In this document: piece by piece, positions 27,350-37,129 of the stretch
Position numbering within the stretch: position 1 is the stretch's first letter
Layout: each line of letters starts with the position of its first letter
Assembly (NCBI GenBank): GCA_041485905.1
Contig: JBGPKK010000006.1
Span: 1-57,911, forward strand
Direction of reading: 5' to 3'
DNA from: Vicinamibacteria bacterium
GTDB taxonomy: Bacteria; Acidobacteriota; Vicinamibacteria; Vicinamibacterales; CAVVIG01
Length of the DNA stretch: 57,911 nucleotides
Position numbers and translations under genes: made by a program
Notes under the pieces: generated by a model
What the model was told of the DNA's origin: nothing
What the model saw: the letters and a program-made list of their open reading frames with translations, nothing else
The model's database searches: none

Positions 27350-28134
27350 TGCTGAACTATCTCGGGTTGCCGGCGGCCGCATCGTCGCATGCCGGCGAAA
27401 TCGATCAGATGATGGTGCTGGTGCACTGGCTCATGCTCGTGCTGTTTGTCGGCTGGGGCGCGTTCTTTCTGTTCGTGCTCGTCCGGTTCCGGCGCGGCGC
27501 CAACCCGAAGGCGAACTACGCCGGCGCGAAAGGGAAGTTCGCCAAGTCAACCGAGGTTGCGGTGGCCGTCGTGGAGATCGCGCTGCTGGTCTTCTATGCC
27601 ATTCCCGCGTGGGCGACGCGCGTCAGGCAGTTCCCCTCGGAAAACGAAGCCACGGTTGTGCGCGTGGTCGGCGAGCAGTTCGCGTGGAACATCCACTATG
27701 CGGGGCCGGACGGCAAATTCGGGCGCACCGACGTGAAGCTCGTGTCTGCTGACAATCCTCTCGGCCTCGACCGCACCGATCCCAACGCCAAGGACGACAT
27801 CAGCGCGCCCAACCAGATGCACGTGCCGGTCAATCGTCCCGTGCTCGTCCACCTCTCGAGCAAGGACGTCATCCACAGCTTCGGCCTTTACGAAATGCGG
27901 GTGAAGCAGGACGCGATTCCGGGGATGCAGATTCCGGTCTGGTTCATTCCGACGGTGACGACGAGCGAGATGCGTCAGAAGCTGGGCAAGGCCGATTTCG
28001 ACTATGAAATCGCCTGCTCGCAGCTGTGCGGATTGGGCCACTACCGCATGCGCGGCTTCCTCACCGTGGACAGCGCCGAGGATTTCAGCAAGTGGATCGC
28101 CGATCAGGAGAAGGAACTCAAGGCCGGAAATTAG
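27349..28134 (+). CDS. ctaC: Cytochrome c oxidase subunit II (CuA), no fused cytochrome c
   Basis: Two TM segments, QFAW, DVIHSF, KQDAIPG, CSQLCGLGHYRM. Confidence 0.95.
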   Translation: MLNYLGLPAAASSHAGEIDQMMVLVHWLMLVLFVGWGAFFLFVLVRFRRGANPKANYAGAKGKFAKSTEVAVAVVEIALLVFYAIPAWATRVRQFPSENEATVVRVVGEQFAWNIHYAGPDGKFGRTDVKLVSADNPLGLDRTDPNAKDDISAPNQMHVPVNRPVLVHLSSKDVIHSFGLYEMRVKQDAIPGMQIPVWFIPTVTTSEMRQKLGKADFDYEIACSQLCGLGHYRMRGFLTVDSAEDFSKWIADQEKELKAGN

Positions 28135-28215
28135 AGGTCGGGTGGGTCGGGTAGGGCAGGTGGGCCGCGTTTAAACCCACCAGACCTACCTGACCCCACC
28201 AGACCTACCTGACCC
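28135..28215. repeat. Inverted array of degenerate 9-mers
   Basis: GGTGGGTCG-like units, then GACCTACCT-like units. Confidence 0.65.
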
Positions 28216-28217
28216 AA

Positions 28218-29303
28218 GTGATCCGCCCCGTCAAGACGATCGACGCGCACGCGGCCGGCGAGCCTCTCCGCCTGATCGTCGACGGGTGTCCAGCCCCGCA
28301 GGGGCGCACGATGCTCGAGAAGCGCGAGTGGATGAGGAGGAAACAGGATCACCTCCGCCGCGCGTTGATGCTCGAACCGCGTGGCCACGCCGATATGTCC
28401 GGCGCGCTTCTCACCGAACCGGTCTCGCCCGGCTCCCACGTCGGCGTGCTGTTCATGCACAACGACGGCTACAGCACCATGTGCGGCCACGCCGTCATCG
28501 CAGTGGCCACGATCGCGCTCGAGCGCGGTCTACTCGTGCCCGGCGGCGACGGGCGAACGATCGTCTTCGACTCGCCGGCGGGTACCGTTCGCGCCACAGC
28601 GAGTCTAGCGCCTGCGGCCACGCCTCGCGCGCGTGAGCGCACAGCTCGCGAGGCGTCGGCGAGCGGGGGTGGGGCCCCGCGAGAAGGTCATGAATGCCGT
28701 GACACCAAAGTCGAGCGCGTCGCGTTCGAGAACGTCCCCTCCTTTGTGCTCCATCCCGGACTCGTCGTGAAGCTCGGGAGCCGGCAGATTCGCGCTGACA
28801 TCGCATTCGGCGGAGCCTTTTACGCCATCGTCGACAGCGAGGCCGTCGGTCTGCCCATCGATGCGGCGCACGTTCCAGAGCTCCGCCGCGTTGGGATGGA
28901 CATCATGCGCGCGATCGAAACCGCGCACCAGATCACGCACCCGCTCGAGCCGGAGCTGGGTGGGATTGACGGCACGATCTTTACGGGGCCGCCCGACGAT
29001 TCGCGGGCCGATTTGAGAAACGTGACGATCTTCGCCGGCGGCCAGGTCGACCGCTCACCCTGCGGCACCGGCACGGCGGCGGTGATGGCGGTGATCGACG
29101 CCATGGGATTGCTCGGCGACGACAGATCCTTCGTGCACGAGAGCGTCGTCGGCACGCTGTTCAACGGCAGGGTGACTGGACGGACCCAGGTGGGCGAGTA
29201 TCACGCGATCGTGGCGGAGATAGACGGATCGGCGTGGATCACCGGGGAGCACACGTTTCTGATTGACGAAGACGATCCGCTCAGGGAGGGATTTCACCTA
29301 TAG
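28218..29303 (+). CDS. Proline racemase / hydroxyproline epimerase family protein with in-frame repeat insertion
   Basis: DAHAAGEPLR, LEPRGH, TMCGH, DRSPCGTG (Cys/Cys catalytic pair). Confidence 0.92.
   Translation: MIRPVKTIDAHAAGEPLRLIVDGCPAPQGRTMLEKREWMRRKQDHLRRALMLEPRGHADMSGALLTEPVSPGSHVGVLFMHNDGYSTMCGHAVIAVATIALERGLLVPGGDGRTIVFDSPAGTVRATASLAPAATPRARERTAREASASGGGAPREGHECRDTKVERVAFENVPSFVLHPGLVVKLGSRQIRADIAFGGAFYAIVDSEAVGLPIDAAHVPELRRVGMDIMRAIETAHQITHPLEPELGGIDGTIFTGPPDDSRADLRNVTIFAGGQVDRSPCGTGTAAVMAVIDAMGLLGDDRSFVHESVVGTLFNGRVTGRTQVGEYHAIVAEIDGSAWITGEHTFLIDEDDPLREGFHL
28608..28696. repeat. ctaA-type palindromic element inserted in frame in the proline racemase gene
   Basis: 28659-28683 GCGAGCGGGGGTGGGGCCCCGCGAG is the exact reverse complement of 11489-11513. 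Confidence 0.8.
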
Positions 29304-29365
29304 GGCAAAGAGCATAGCGCATAGGGCATAGCCCCTTTACCCTCAGCCCTTTGCCCTCAGCCCTT
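29302..29365. repeat. Inverted heptamer array between convergent genes (possible terminator)
   Basis: AGGGCAW-like x4, then GCCCTYW-like x4-5. Confidence 0.65.
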
Positions 29366-31120
29366 CTAGTATCCGATCGCGAGTCCGTCCTTCCGCGGAT
29401 CCGAGCCGCCCATGAGCACGCCGGTGCGCGGATCGATCAGGATGCCCTGAAATCCGCCGAACGCGCCGATGCTTTCCGAGACGTGGTGACCGCGCCGGGT
29501 GAGACCCGTCCTGGCCGACTGTGTCACCGCACTCTCGACCAACAGGCCGTCGCTTCCGTGATGGACGCGCGCCGCCTCGCCGGCCTCCTGAATGTTCATC
29601 CCGAAGTCGATGAGATTCATCAGCACCTGGGTGTGTCCCTGCGCCTGGTGGTCGCCGCCCATGACCCCGAACGACACCCACGGTTGGCCGCCCTTCATGA
29701 CGAACGACGGCACGAGCGTGTGCATCGGCCGCTTGTGCGGCGCGATGCGATCGGGATGTCCCGGCGTGAGCGTGAACAGCGCACCGCGGTTGTGCAGCGC
29801 GATTCCGGTGTCGCCGGCGACGATGCCCGATCCGAATTCGGAGAAGAGCGACTGGATCAATGAGACGACATTGCCGCTGCCGTCGGCGACCGTCATGTAG
29901 ATGGTGTCGCCATGATCGCGGCCCGTCAGATTCTCGCCACGCTCATCCCGGTCCGTGCCTGATGCCACGCGCGAGATGACCGCGGGACCGTATCGCTCGG
30001 CTGCGTGCGCGGGGTTGATCTCTTTACGGCGGACGGCCGCGTACTCCTTGGAGATCAGCGTCTTGAGCACGGCCGGCGGAACATCAGCCGGGTCCGCCAG
30101 GTACGCCGCGCGATCCGCGAACGCGATCCGCTTGGCTTCCACGAGCAGGTGCAGGTATTCCGCCGAGTTGTGGCCGAGCGACGCGAGGTCGAACCCTTCG
30201 AGAATGTTCAGCATCTCGAGCGTCACGAAACCCTGAGTGTTCGGCGGCAACTCAAAGACGTCGTAGCCGCGGTAGGTGGTCGAGATCGGCTGCACCCAGT
30301 CGGACGTGTGTGCGCTGAAGTCGCGGGCCTCGAGCAGGCCGTCGCGCGCCTTCATGTCGGCGACGATCGCGGCGGCAATGGGCCCTTTGTAAAAGGCGTC
30401 CCGTCCGCCGGACGCGATTTGCTGCAGCGTCGCGGCGAGGTTCGGATTCGCGAAGATCTCGCCCGGCCGCGGGGCGCGCCCGCGCGGCAGGAACGTCCGC
30501 GCGGCGGCCGGATCGGCGGCGAGCTTGCCCGCGGCAGCGACCCACTGCCCGCTGATGATTTCCGACACCGCGTAACCGTTCCTGGCGTAGTCGATCGCCG
30601 GGGCGAGCAGGCGGGACAGCGGCATCGTGCCGTACGCGGACAGCAGCGCGTCCCAGCCATCGACGACCCCGGGGACGGTCACGGAGTACACGCCGCTCGT
30701 GGGAATGGTGGCCAGCCCGCGCGCGGCGAATGCTTCCGGCGTCGCGGCGTAGGCCGATCGACCGCTCGCGTTCAGTCCGCGCAGCGCCTTCGCCTTCGCG
30801 TCGTAGACGATCGCAAACAGATCGCCGCCGATGCCGGTCATCGTCGGCTCGACGACCGCGAGCACCGAGGCCGCGGCGATGGCCGCGTCGATCGCGTTGC
30901 CGCCATCCTGCAGCACCTTGAGGCCCGCGGCCGACGCCAGCGGCTGGCTTGTCGCAATCATGCCGTGACGTGCCATCACGACCGATCGCGTCGAATGAGG
31001 ATTGGCCGCCGGGCGATCGCCGGGGTGCGGGAGAGGAGAGCCCGCTCGTTGAGCCGATGACGCGTCCATGATAGCAATGCCCAGCAATGCTGCCGGAAGA
31101 CCGAGCGCGAGAGATTTCAT
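29366..31120 (-). CDS. ggt: Gamma-glutamyltransferase
   Basis: GGNAIDAA, GIGGD, ELPPNTQG, GDTIYM (Thr nucleophile), KRPMHT, GVMGG, SDPRKDG; start at ATG 31120. Confidence 0.95.
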   Translation of the reverse strand: MKSLALGLPAALLGIAIMDASSAQRAGSPLPHPGDRPAANPHSTRSVVMARHGMIATSQPLASAAGLKVLQDGGNAIDAAIAAASVLAVVEPTMTGIGGDLFAIVYDAKAKALRGLNASGRSAYAATPEAFAARGLATIPTSGVYSVTVPGVVDGWDALLSAYGTMPLSRLLAPAIDYARNGYAVSEIISGQWVAAAGKLAADPAAARTFLPRGRAPRPGEIFANPNLAATLQQIASGGRDAFYKGPIAAAIVADMKARDGLLEARDFSAHTSDWVQPISTTYRGYDVFELPPNTQGFVTLEMLNILEGFDLASLGHNSAEYLHLLVEAKRIAFADRAAYLADPADVPPAVLKTLISKEYAAVRRKEINPAHAAERYGPAVISRVASGTDRDERGENLTGRDHGDTIYMTVADGSGNVVSLIQSLFSEFGSGIVAGDTGIALHNRGALFTLTPGHPDRIAPHKRPMHTLVPSFVMKGGQPWVSFGVMGGDHQAQGHTQVLMNLIDFGMNIQEAGEAARVHHGSDGLLVESAVTQSARTGLTRRGHHVSESIGAFGGFQGILIDPRTGVLMGGSDPRKDGLAIGY

Positions 31121-31133
31121 GACGTGCCGCCTC

Positions 31134-31454
31134 TCAGAGTTGAAGATGCACGCGCGCCAGCCGCTCGAGCAGCTGCGGCAGCGTCTCGGTGCCGAGCGCA
31201 AAGGCGCCGAGCTCCGGCGCCCACGAGAGTTTATAACTCTTCGCCATGGCCGAGACCCAGATTTGCCGGACGGGAGCGTTGGGCGAGACGACGAACCGCG
31301 CCTCGGACGGCTCCTCGAAGAGGAGGTTCAGGACGCCGTCCTGCATCTCGATTTCGAAGCCTTCGTTGTCGGCGGGCGCCATGAGCGCGCGGCGTGCCTG
31401 CTCGATCGCTGCATCGCTCTTGACGCGGAATTCCTGTTCGGTGAGAGCAGCCAT
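31134..31454 (-). CDS. cyaY: Frataxin-like iron donor CyaY
   Basis: LTEQEF, DGVLNL, FVVSPNAPVRQIWVSA. Confidence 0.88.
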   Translation of the reverse strand: MAALTEQEFRVKSDAAIEQARRALMAPADNEGFEIEMQDGVLNLLFEEPSEARFVVSPNAPVRQIWVSAMAKSYKLSWAPELGAFALGTETLPQLLERLARVHLQL

Positions 31455-31456
31455 GG

Positions 31457-32359
31457 CTACTGCGCATTCGGGAGCTTGTCGGCGTCCCCGACGTAGCTCT
31501 TGCGCGCTCGCGCCGTCATCCCCGGCTGCTTCATCCGGATCGTCAGTTTGTGCACCTTGCCGTCGAGCAACGGCGGCGTGAAACCGATCACGTACTGGCC
31601 GTGCAGCTCCTGGGCGACCCGCGTGAAGGTGGGCGCCAGGTCGGTGGTCTTCTTCAACTCGAAATAGCCCCCGCCCGTCTCATCGGCAATCTTCTTCAAT
31701 CCGCTGTCCGGCTTGCTGCGCACCATCCGCTGACCATCGAAGTAATTGCTCTCGAGGCCAATCGCGTACACCATCACTTCTTCGGCGCGGGCCCGGTCCA
31801 TCACTGTCCCCAGCCGCACCCGGCTTTCCGTGTCGTCGCCGTCGGTAAAGACGAGCACCACCCGTCGTCCCGACTTCCCGTGCAGCTCGTCGAGGCTGAG
31901 CGACACCGCGTCCCAAAGCCGCGTGCCGTTGCCGTAATCGAGCTCCTTGACCGCAGTCACGAGCTCGTCGCGATTGTTCGTGAAGTGCGAGCTGATGAAG
32001 ATCTTGTCGTTGAACGCGCCCACGCGGCCCTTGTCTGCCGGAAGGAGCCGGATCAGGAACTGCTCGGCCGCGCTCTTCAGCAGCGCGATCGACGCGGTCA
32101 TGCTTCCGCTCGTATCCAGCATGACGACAACGGTGACCGGCTGAATGTCGTCCTGGAAAAACACCACCGGCTGTGGCTTGTCGTTGTCGAGGACCTCGAA
32201 GTCCTCTTTGACGAGGCTCGGCACGAGGCGGCCCTGCCCGTCGGTGACGGTCGCGAACACCGACACGATTTGAGTGCCGCCCTTGAAGGTTGGCTGCTGC
32301 TGCGCCGCGATCGCGGCGGCGAACAGAATCGAGCAGACGAGGCCGATCCGCAGGCTCAT
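31457..32359 (-). CDS. Exported VWA domain protein with intact MIDAS
   Basis: LDTSGSM, GTRLWDA, FTDGDD, VYAIG, ETGG. Confidence 0.9.
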   Translation of the reverse strand: MSLRIGLVCSILFAAAIAAQQQPTFKGGTQIVSVFATVTDGQGRLVPSLVKEDFEVLDNDKPQPVVFFQDDIQPVTVVVMLDTSGSMTASIALLKSAAEQFLIRLLPADKGRVGAFNDKIFISSHFTNNRDELVTAVKELDYGNGTRLWDAVSLSLDELHGKSGRRVVLVFTDGDDTESRVRLGTVMDRARAEEVMVYAIGLESNYFDGQRMVRSKPDSGLKKIADETGGGYFELKKTTDLAPTFTRVAQELHGQYVIGFTPPLLDGKVHKLTIRMKQPGMTARARKSYVGDADKLPNAQ

Positions 32360-32379
32360 GTCCTCAGCTTACCGCAATC

Positions 32380-32680
32380 GGCAGCTGACCTGTCGTCGAG
32401 TCGCCGAGCACGACAATCTGCCGTCGGGGGTCGACCCAGAAAAATGTGTTGTCGACTCCCGCCCAGCTGAAGCTGCCAGCCGTGCGTCCGTCCGGCGATG
32501 TGGGACGCGCCGCCAATTGAAACCCCAGGCCCCAGGTGTCGCGTCCGGCGCCCAGCGGGAACGGGTTCGTCCGCGCGGCGTCGACCGCCGGGACCTCCTT
32601 GCGCTCCGACCGCGGAATCGAGCCGTTGAACCAGGGCGGTTGCGCCGGCGGCGGACAGGGGTCGGCGGTGCGGCTGGAGA
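32380..32680 (-). pseudogene. Remnant of a beta-lactamase-family serine hydrolase
   Basis: N-terminal-like LSAAGATALVQRLDSAV, a +1 frameshift to ERKEVPAV, then directly C-terminal WGLGF...GSFSWAGVDNTFFWVDP; SxxK core missing. Confidence 0.7.
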
Positions 32681-32702
32681 ACCGGTAGAATCTATCCCCG
32701 AC

Positions 32703-32758
32703 TTGACCGGTCGGATATCCCGGAGTACACTGGATTCTCATCCTGAGACTGAGTCTCA
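32703..32758 (+). promoter_or_regulatory. Sigma-70 promoter followed by a Fur-like operator
   Basis: TTGACC-N17-TACACT; perfect 7-1-7 palindrome TGAGACT-G-AGTCTCA at 32744-32758 upstream of the iron permease. Confidence 0.7.
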
Positions 32759-32781
32759 ATTTACAAGGCACGCGCATCATC

Positions 32782-33594
32782 ATGCTCCAGGCGCTCGTCA
32801 TCACGCTTCGCGAAGGACTCGAGGCGTTTCTCATTGTCGCCATCAGCCTCGCGTACCTGCGCAACTCCGGCCGGAGGCCGCTGACCAAGGCGGTGCACTG
32901 GGGCATCGTTGTGGCGATCGGCGTGAGCGCGCTCGGCGGCTACTTGCTCTACAACGCGGCCAATCAGGAATGGCTCGACGGCCCTCTCGCGCTGATCGCC
33001 GCCGCATCGGTCACGTGGATGGTCGTGCACATGTGGCGCGCCGGACGCCGGATGAAAGGCAACATCGAAGATCGTCTGCAATCGTCGAGCGTGCGCCCGG
33101 GCACGGCCGCGTTCACCGGCGTGTTTCTCTTTACAGTGCTGATGGTGAGCCGCGAGGGGATTGAGACGGCCCTGCTGCTGATGCAGCTGCGTGAGACCGT
33201 GCACCTCGCGATGGGCGCCGTGGTTGGCGTACTCGGCGCCGCCGGCGTCGCATGGCTGTGGTCGCGCTACGGGCGGCGCGTCAATCTCGCGTTGTTCTTC
33301 CAGGTGACGGCGATTTTCCTCTTCGTGTTCGTCGTGCAGCTCCTGATTCAGGGCACGCACGAGATGTCCGAGCAGGGCTTTCTGCCCTATAGCGCGACGA
33401 TTCACGAGCGTACCGAAGCGTGGGGACCTGATAGTCCCCTGGGTCATCTGCTGACGTATCTGCTCGTGATCCTGCCGCTCGGCTGGCTGCTGATCAAGGC
33501 GCTCTTTTCCGAACGAGCCGTGTTCCAGCGTCCGGCCGGCCCGAAGTCTGCGATCTCCGACGCACCGGCCGCCCAACATTCCGCCGCACGTTAG
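32782..33594 (+). CDS. FTR1/EfeU-family iron permease
   Basis: Two REGxE motifs (LREGLEA, SREGIET); about 7 TM segments. Confidence 0.93.
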   Translation: MLQALVITLREGLEAFLIVAISLAYLRNSGRRPLTKAVHWGIVVAIGVSALGGYLLYNAANQEWLDGPLALIAAASVTWMVVHMWRAGRRMKGNIEDRLQSSSVRPGTAAFTGVFLFTVLMVSREGIETALLLMQLRETVHLAMGAVVGVLGAAGVAWLWSRYGRRVNLALFFQVTAIFLFVFVVQLLIQGTHEMSEQGFLPYSATIHERTEAWGPDSPLGHLLTYLLVILPLGWLLIKALFSERAVFQRPAGPKSAISDAPAAQHSAAR

Positions 33595-33632
33595 CCGCCC
33601 GCCCGCACCGGGAACCGCTACAATTCTTCGCG

Positions 33633-34727
33633 TTGCCGAACCAGACGCCGTCGAATCGGCGCACGTACATCGACTGGGCGCGCGGCATCGCCGTCCTGCT
33701 GATGATCGAGGCGCACACGTTCGACGCGTGGACACGGCCTGCCGTGCGCGCGTCGGCGGCGTTCCGCAAAGCGAACATTCTCGGCGGTCTGGCCGCGCCG
33801 CTCTTTCTCTGGCTGGCCGGCGTCGGCGTCGCGATGTCGGCGGCGGCCGTCACGCGCCGCTCCGGTCGCCGCGCAGACGGGGTCTACGCGGTCTGCCGCC
33901 GCGGCCTCGAGATTTTTGTCCTGGCCTTCCTTTTCCGGCTGCAGGGTCTGATCGTCAGCCCCGGCGGTCACATCGTGACCCTCTTTCGCGTGGACATCCT
34001 GAATATCATGGGGCCGTCCATGGTCGCCGCCGGCCTCATCTGGTGGATCAGCGACAGGCCCGCGGTGCAGGTCGGCGTTTACGCAGCCATCGCCTGCGCC
34101 TTGGCGATGCTGACGCCGATCGTCCGCGTGTCCCCGCTGGTCGGCACATTACCGATGGTGGTTCAGTGGTACTTGCGGCCGTACGCGGACCTGACGTTGT
34201 TCACGGTGTTTCCGTGGGCGGGATTTGTGTTCGCCGGCGCCGCATGCGGCGTGCTGCTCTCCGCCGCGCGTGACCCGAACCGAGAGCGGCGCCTGCACGT
34301 GTCGCTTGCGCTCGCCGGCGTCGCGATCCTCGTGCTGGGAGACTACACGGCTTCGTTGCCGTCCATTTATCAGCAGTCGTCATTCTGGACGAGCTCGCCC
34401 ACCTACTTCGCGATCCGCGTCGGTGTTCTGCTGCTGATTCTGTCCGCGATGTTCGCGCTGGCGCGCGGGCTGGAGCCGCGCGGCGTTCTGCTGGGTCCTC
34501 TCGCACGATTCGGCCGCGAGTCGCTGTTCGTCTATTGGATCCACGTCGAGCTGGTGTACGGCTACGCGACCTGGCCGATTCGCCACCGCCTGCCGATCGC
34601 GGGCACCTTCGTGGCGTACGTGCTGTTCACCGCGCTGATGTACGGGGCCGTTGTCGCAAAAGGACGGTTCGTGGAGACGTGGCGGGCCCGCCACCAGGCG
34701 CCGCGCCCTCGAACCGTGACGGCCTGA
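33633..34727 (+). CDS. Membrane acyltransferase (DUF1624 / HGSNAT-like)
   Basis: IDWARGIAVLLMIEAH, AAPLFL, DILNIMG, FPWAGF, GRESLFVYWIH. Confidence 0.8.
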   Translation: MPNQTPSNRRTYIDWARGIAVLLMIEAHTFDAWTRPAVRASAAFRKANILGGLAAPLFLWLAGVGVAMSAAAVTRRSGRRADGVYAVCRRGLEIFVLAFLFRLQGLIVSPGGHIVTLFRVDILNIMGPSMVAAGLIWWISDRPAVQVGVYAAIACALAMLTPIVRVSPLVGTLPMVVQWYLRPYADLTLFTVFPWAGFVFAGAACGVLLSAARDPNRERRLHVSLALAGVAILVLGDYTASLPSIYQQSSFWTSSPTYFAIRVGVLLLILSAMFALARGLEPRGVLLGPLARFGRESLFVYWIHVELVYGYATWPIRHRLPIAGTFVAYVLFTALMYGAVVAKGRFVETWRARHQAPRPRTVTA

Positions 34728-34834
34728 GTGCTACAGGCCTCACGTCAGTTGCCAGAACTCCTTGGTTACGAGATACTATTCCCGTTTTTGAAGCTTCCAC
34801 GCGGGCCTTCCAGAAGCGTTCGGGACCAGAACCT

Positions 34835-35977
34835 ATGATCAACGTCGCCGCGATTCGGATGCAGCAGTTCGGGGTGCAGTTCTACCAGGCCTCGCTGACG
34901 GCCAGTGATATCGACAAGCTCGTGCGGTTCGAAGTCCTCAGCTACGGCGACAGCGCGCAACCCCCGGTGCGAGGGGGTAAGCAGCGGTTCGGCGCGCCGG
35001 CCTCGAAAGTGAATTGGGATCTGCTCGAGCGGCGCATCGCATCGAACGAAAAGGCGTACCAGCGTCAAATCATCCGCCGCAAGATCGACGAGCTGGTGCA
35101 GTACTACGAGCAATGCCGTCAGGCGCGCGACCTGCCGTCGATTCCCGGCGCGGTGATTATCTCGTGCGACGAAAAGCTGAGCTTCCAGGCGGCGGGCGAG
35201 GATTCGCGCGTCGGCATCCTGAAAGTCCCCGAGCGCGAAGGCATCCTGCGCGCGATCGACGGCCAGCACCGGCTGCTGGCGCTGCATGCGGACATCGATC
35301 GCTTTCAAGGCGAGGATTTCAGCGTCCCGGCGATCATTTTCGACCGCCTGCCGGAAGATCACGTCGTGCAGATGTTTGTGACGATCAACGCGAAGCACAC
35401 GCGGCTGAATGCGTCGCACCTGGTCAGCCTGTCGGGCCGGCAGCTCTATAAAGACGAGAACCTCGCAACGGCGCACGACGTCGTGCGGGCGCTCAACGAC
35501 CGCGAAGACTCGCCGCTCTACGACGAAATCAAGCTGCTTGGCGTCGGCCGGGGGCGCGTCGCCCAGGCGCCGCTGGCGCAGGAGCTGAAGAAGCTGTTCT
35601 CCACCGACGCCTTCGGCGGCGTGCGCAAGACGAGCGATTTTCACGAGGACGCGAAAAAGTTCTTCGTCAACTACTTCAAGCAGATCGCGCTGGTGTTCGG
35701 CGGCGCGTGGAACGGCCGCAAGTACAGCATCAAGTCGGCGTCGGCGCTGCGTGCGTTTGTGCGGGTCGCTCCAGACGTCATCCGCCGGCTCGATCAGGAG
35801 CACGCGGATCGCGCGGACTTCCGGGCCATCGGCCGTGCGATCGCGCCGTGGGGCCGGCGCATCGGCGATCTCCGCTTCGAGACCGAAGGCGCATGGAAGC
35901 GAGCGGGGACGACCGTCGATTCGCTGGTGAAAGAGCTTCGGCTCGCGCTCCAGTATCCCGAAGGCGCTGCCGTCTGA
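34835..35977 (+). CDS. DGQHR domain protein (DndB-related)
   Basis: YQR, IPGAVII, AIDGQHRLLAL, FVTINAK; start ATG 34835 after a TTGCCA-N17-GATACT promoter-like site. Confidence 0.9.
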   Translation: MINVAAIRMQQFGVQFYQASLTASDIDKLVRFEVLSYGDSAQPPVRGGKQRFGAPASKVNWDLLERRIASNEKAYQRQIIRRKIDELVQYYEQCRQARDLPSIPGAVIISCDEKLSFQAAGEDSRVGILKVPEREGILRAIDGQHRLLALHADIDRFQGEDFSVPAIIFDRLPEDHVVQMFVTINAKHTRLNASHLVSLSGRQLYKDENLATAHDVVRALNDREDSPLYDEIKLLGVGRGRVAQAPLAQELKKLFSTDAFGGVRKTSDFHEDAKKFFVNYFKQIALVFGGAWNGRKYSIKSASALRAFVRVAPDVIRRLDQEHADRADFRAIGRAIAPWGRRIGDLRFETEGAWKRAGTTVDSLVKELRLALQYPEGAAV

Positions 35978-35983
35978 CGGCTG

Positions 35984-36040
35984 AAATGCACCATGTGAAA
36001 TGCAGAATGCATTTGCATTTTGCATTCGGCATTCTGCATT
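35984..36040. repeat. Inverted heptamer array (AATGCAG / TGCATTY)
   Basis: aaatgcag aatgcatttgcattttgcattcggcattctgcatt. Confidence 0.7.
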
Positions 36041-36043
36041 GAC

Positions 36044-37129
36044 ATGGGCACGCTGCTTATAACCGGCGGCGCGGGATTCATCGGCTCCAACCTCGTCCAG
36101 CACGCGCTCGATCACACCGATGACCGCATCGTCGTGGTCGACAAGCTGACCTACGCAGGAAGCCTGGTCAGCCTCGAGCGGCCGCTCCAGGATCGGCGCG
36201 TGAGCTTCGTGCACGCGGATATCGCCGACGGCGACGCGATGGCGCGGGCGTTCCGCGACGCGCGTCCCGACGCCGTCCTGAACCTGGCCGCCGAGACGCA
36301 CGTCGATCGGTCGATCGACGGTCCGCGTCCGTTCATCGACACGAACATCATCGGTACGTTCGTGCTGCTGGAGCTGTCGCGGCAGCTCGTGGCCGAGCGT
36401 CCCGCTGCCGCGCGCGGCGGCTTCCGGTTCCTGCATGTCTCGACCGACGAGGTGTACGGGACGCTGGGGCCGAGCGGATTATTCAGCGAGGAGACCGCGT
36501 ACGCGCCGAACTCACCGTATGCGGCGAGCAAAGCGGCGGCCGATCATCTGGTCCGCGCGTATCACCACACATACGGCCTGGCGGCGCTGATTACGAACTG
36601 CTCCAACAACTACGGTCCGTTCCAGTACCCGGAAAAGCTGATTCCGCTGACGATCCTCAACGCGCTGGAGGGCAAGCCGCTGCCGATCTACGGCGACGGC
36701 GGCAACGTGCGCGACTGGCTGCACGTCGACGATCACTGCGCAGGCATCCTCCTCGTGCTCGAAAGAGGACGCGCCGGCGAACGGTATAATATCGGCGGCG
36801 GCAACGAGCGAACCAACATGGAGATCGTCGATCGCATCTGCGACGCGCTCCAGAGGTTGCGGCCGCCCTCGTCCAACCCCGCATTGACGAACCGATCGAG
36901 CTACCGCGATCTGAAGACCTTCGTTCCCGATCGACCCGGTCACGATCGACGCTACGCCATCGATGCGTCGAAAATCCGCCGGGATCTGGGCTGGTCGCCG
37001 CGCCACCGGTTCGAGGACGCCCTGACCGACACCGTCCGCTGGTACCTCGAGCATCGCGACTGGTGCGACGCGGTGCAAGCTGGCCGCTACGACCGTGAGC
37101 GACTCGGTCTCGGAGAGCGTCAGGGGTGA
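36044..37129 (+). CDS. rfbB: dTDP-glucose 4,6-dehydratase
   Basis: [49 protein letters not shown]. Confidence 0.97.
   Translation: MGTLLITGGAGFIGSNLVQHALDHTDDRIVVVDKLTYAGSLVSLERPLQDRRVSFVHADIADGDAMARAFRDARPDAVLNLAAETHVDRSIDGPRPFIDTNIIGTFVLLELSRQLVAERPAAARGGFRFLHVSTDEVYGTLGPSGLFSEETAYAPNSPYAASKAAADHLVRAYHHTYGLAALITNCSNNYGPFQYPEKLIPLTILNALEGKPLPIYGDGGNVRDWLHVDDHCAGILLVLERGRAGERYNIGGGNERTNMEIVDRICDALQRLRPPSSNPALTNRSSYRDLKTFVPDRPGHDRRYAIDASKIRRDLGWSPRHRFEDALTDTVRWYLEHRDWCDAVQAGRYDRERLGLGERQG

Noticed and set aside
34835-35977. DNA phosphorothioation (dnd) system
   Set aside because: Only a DGQHR protein is present; no DndA/C/D/E or Ssp genes in the window
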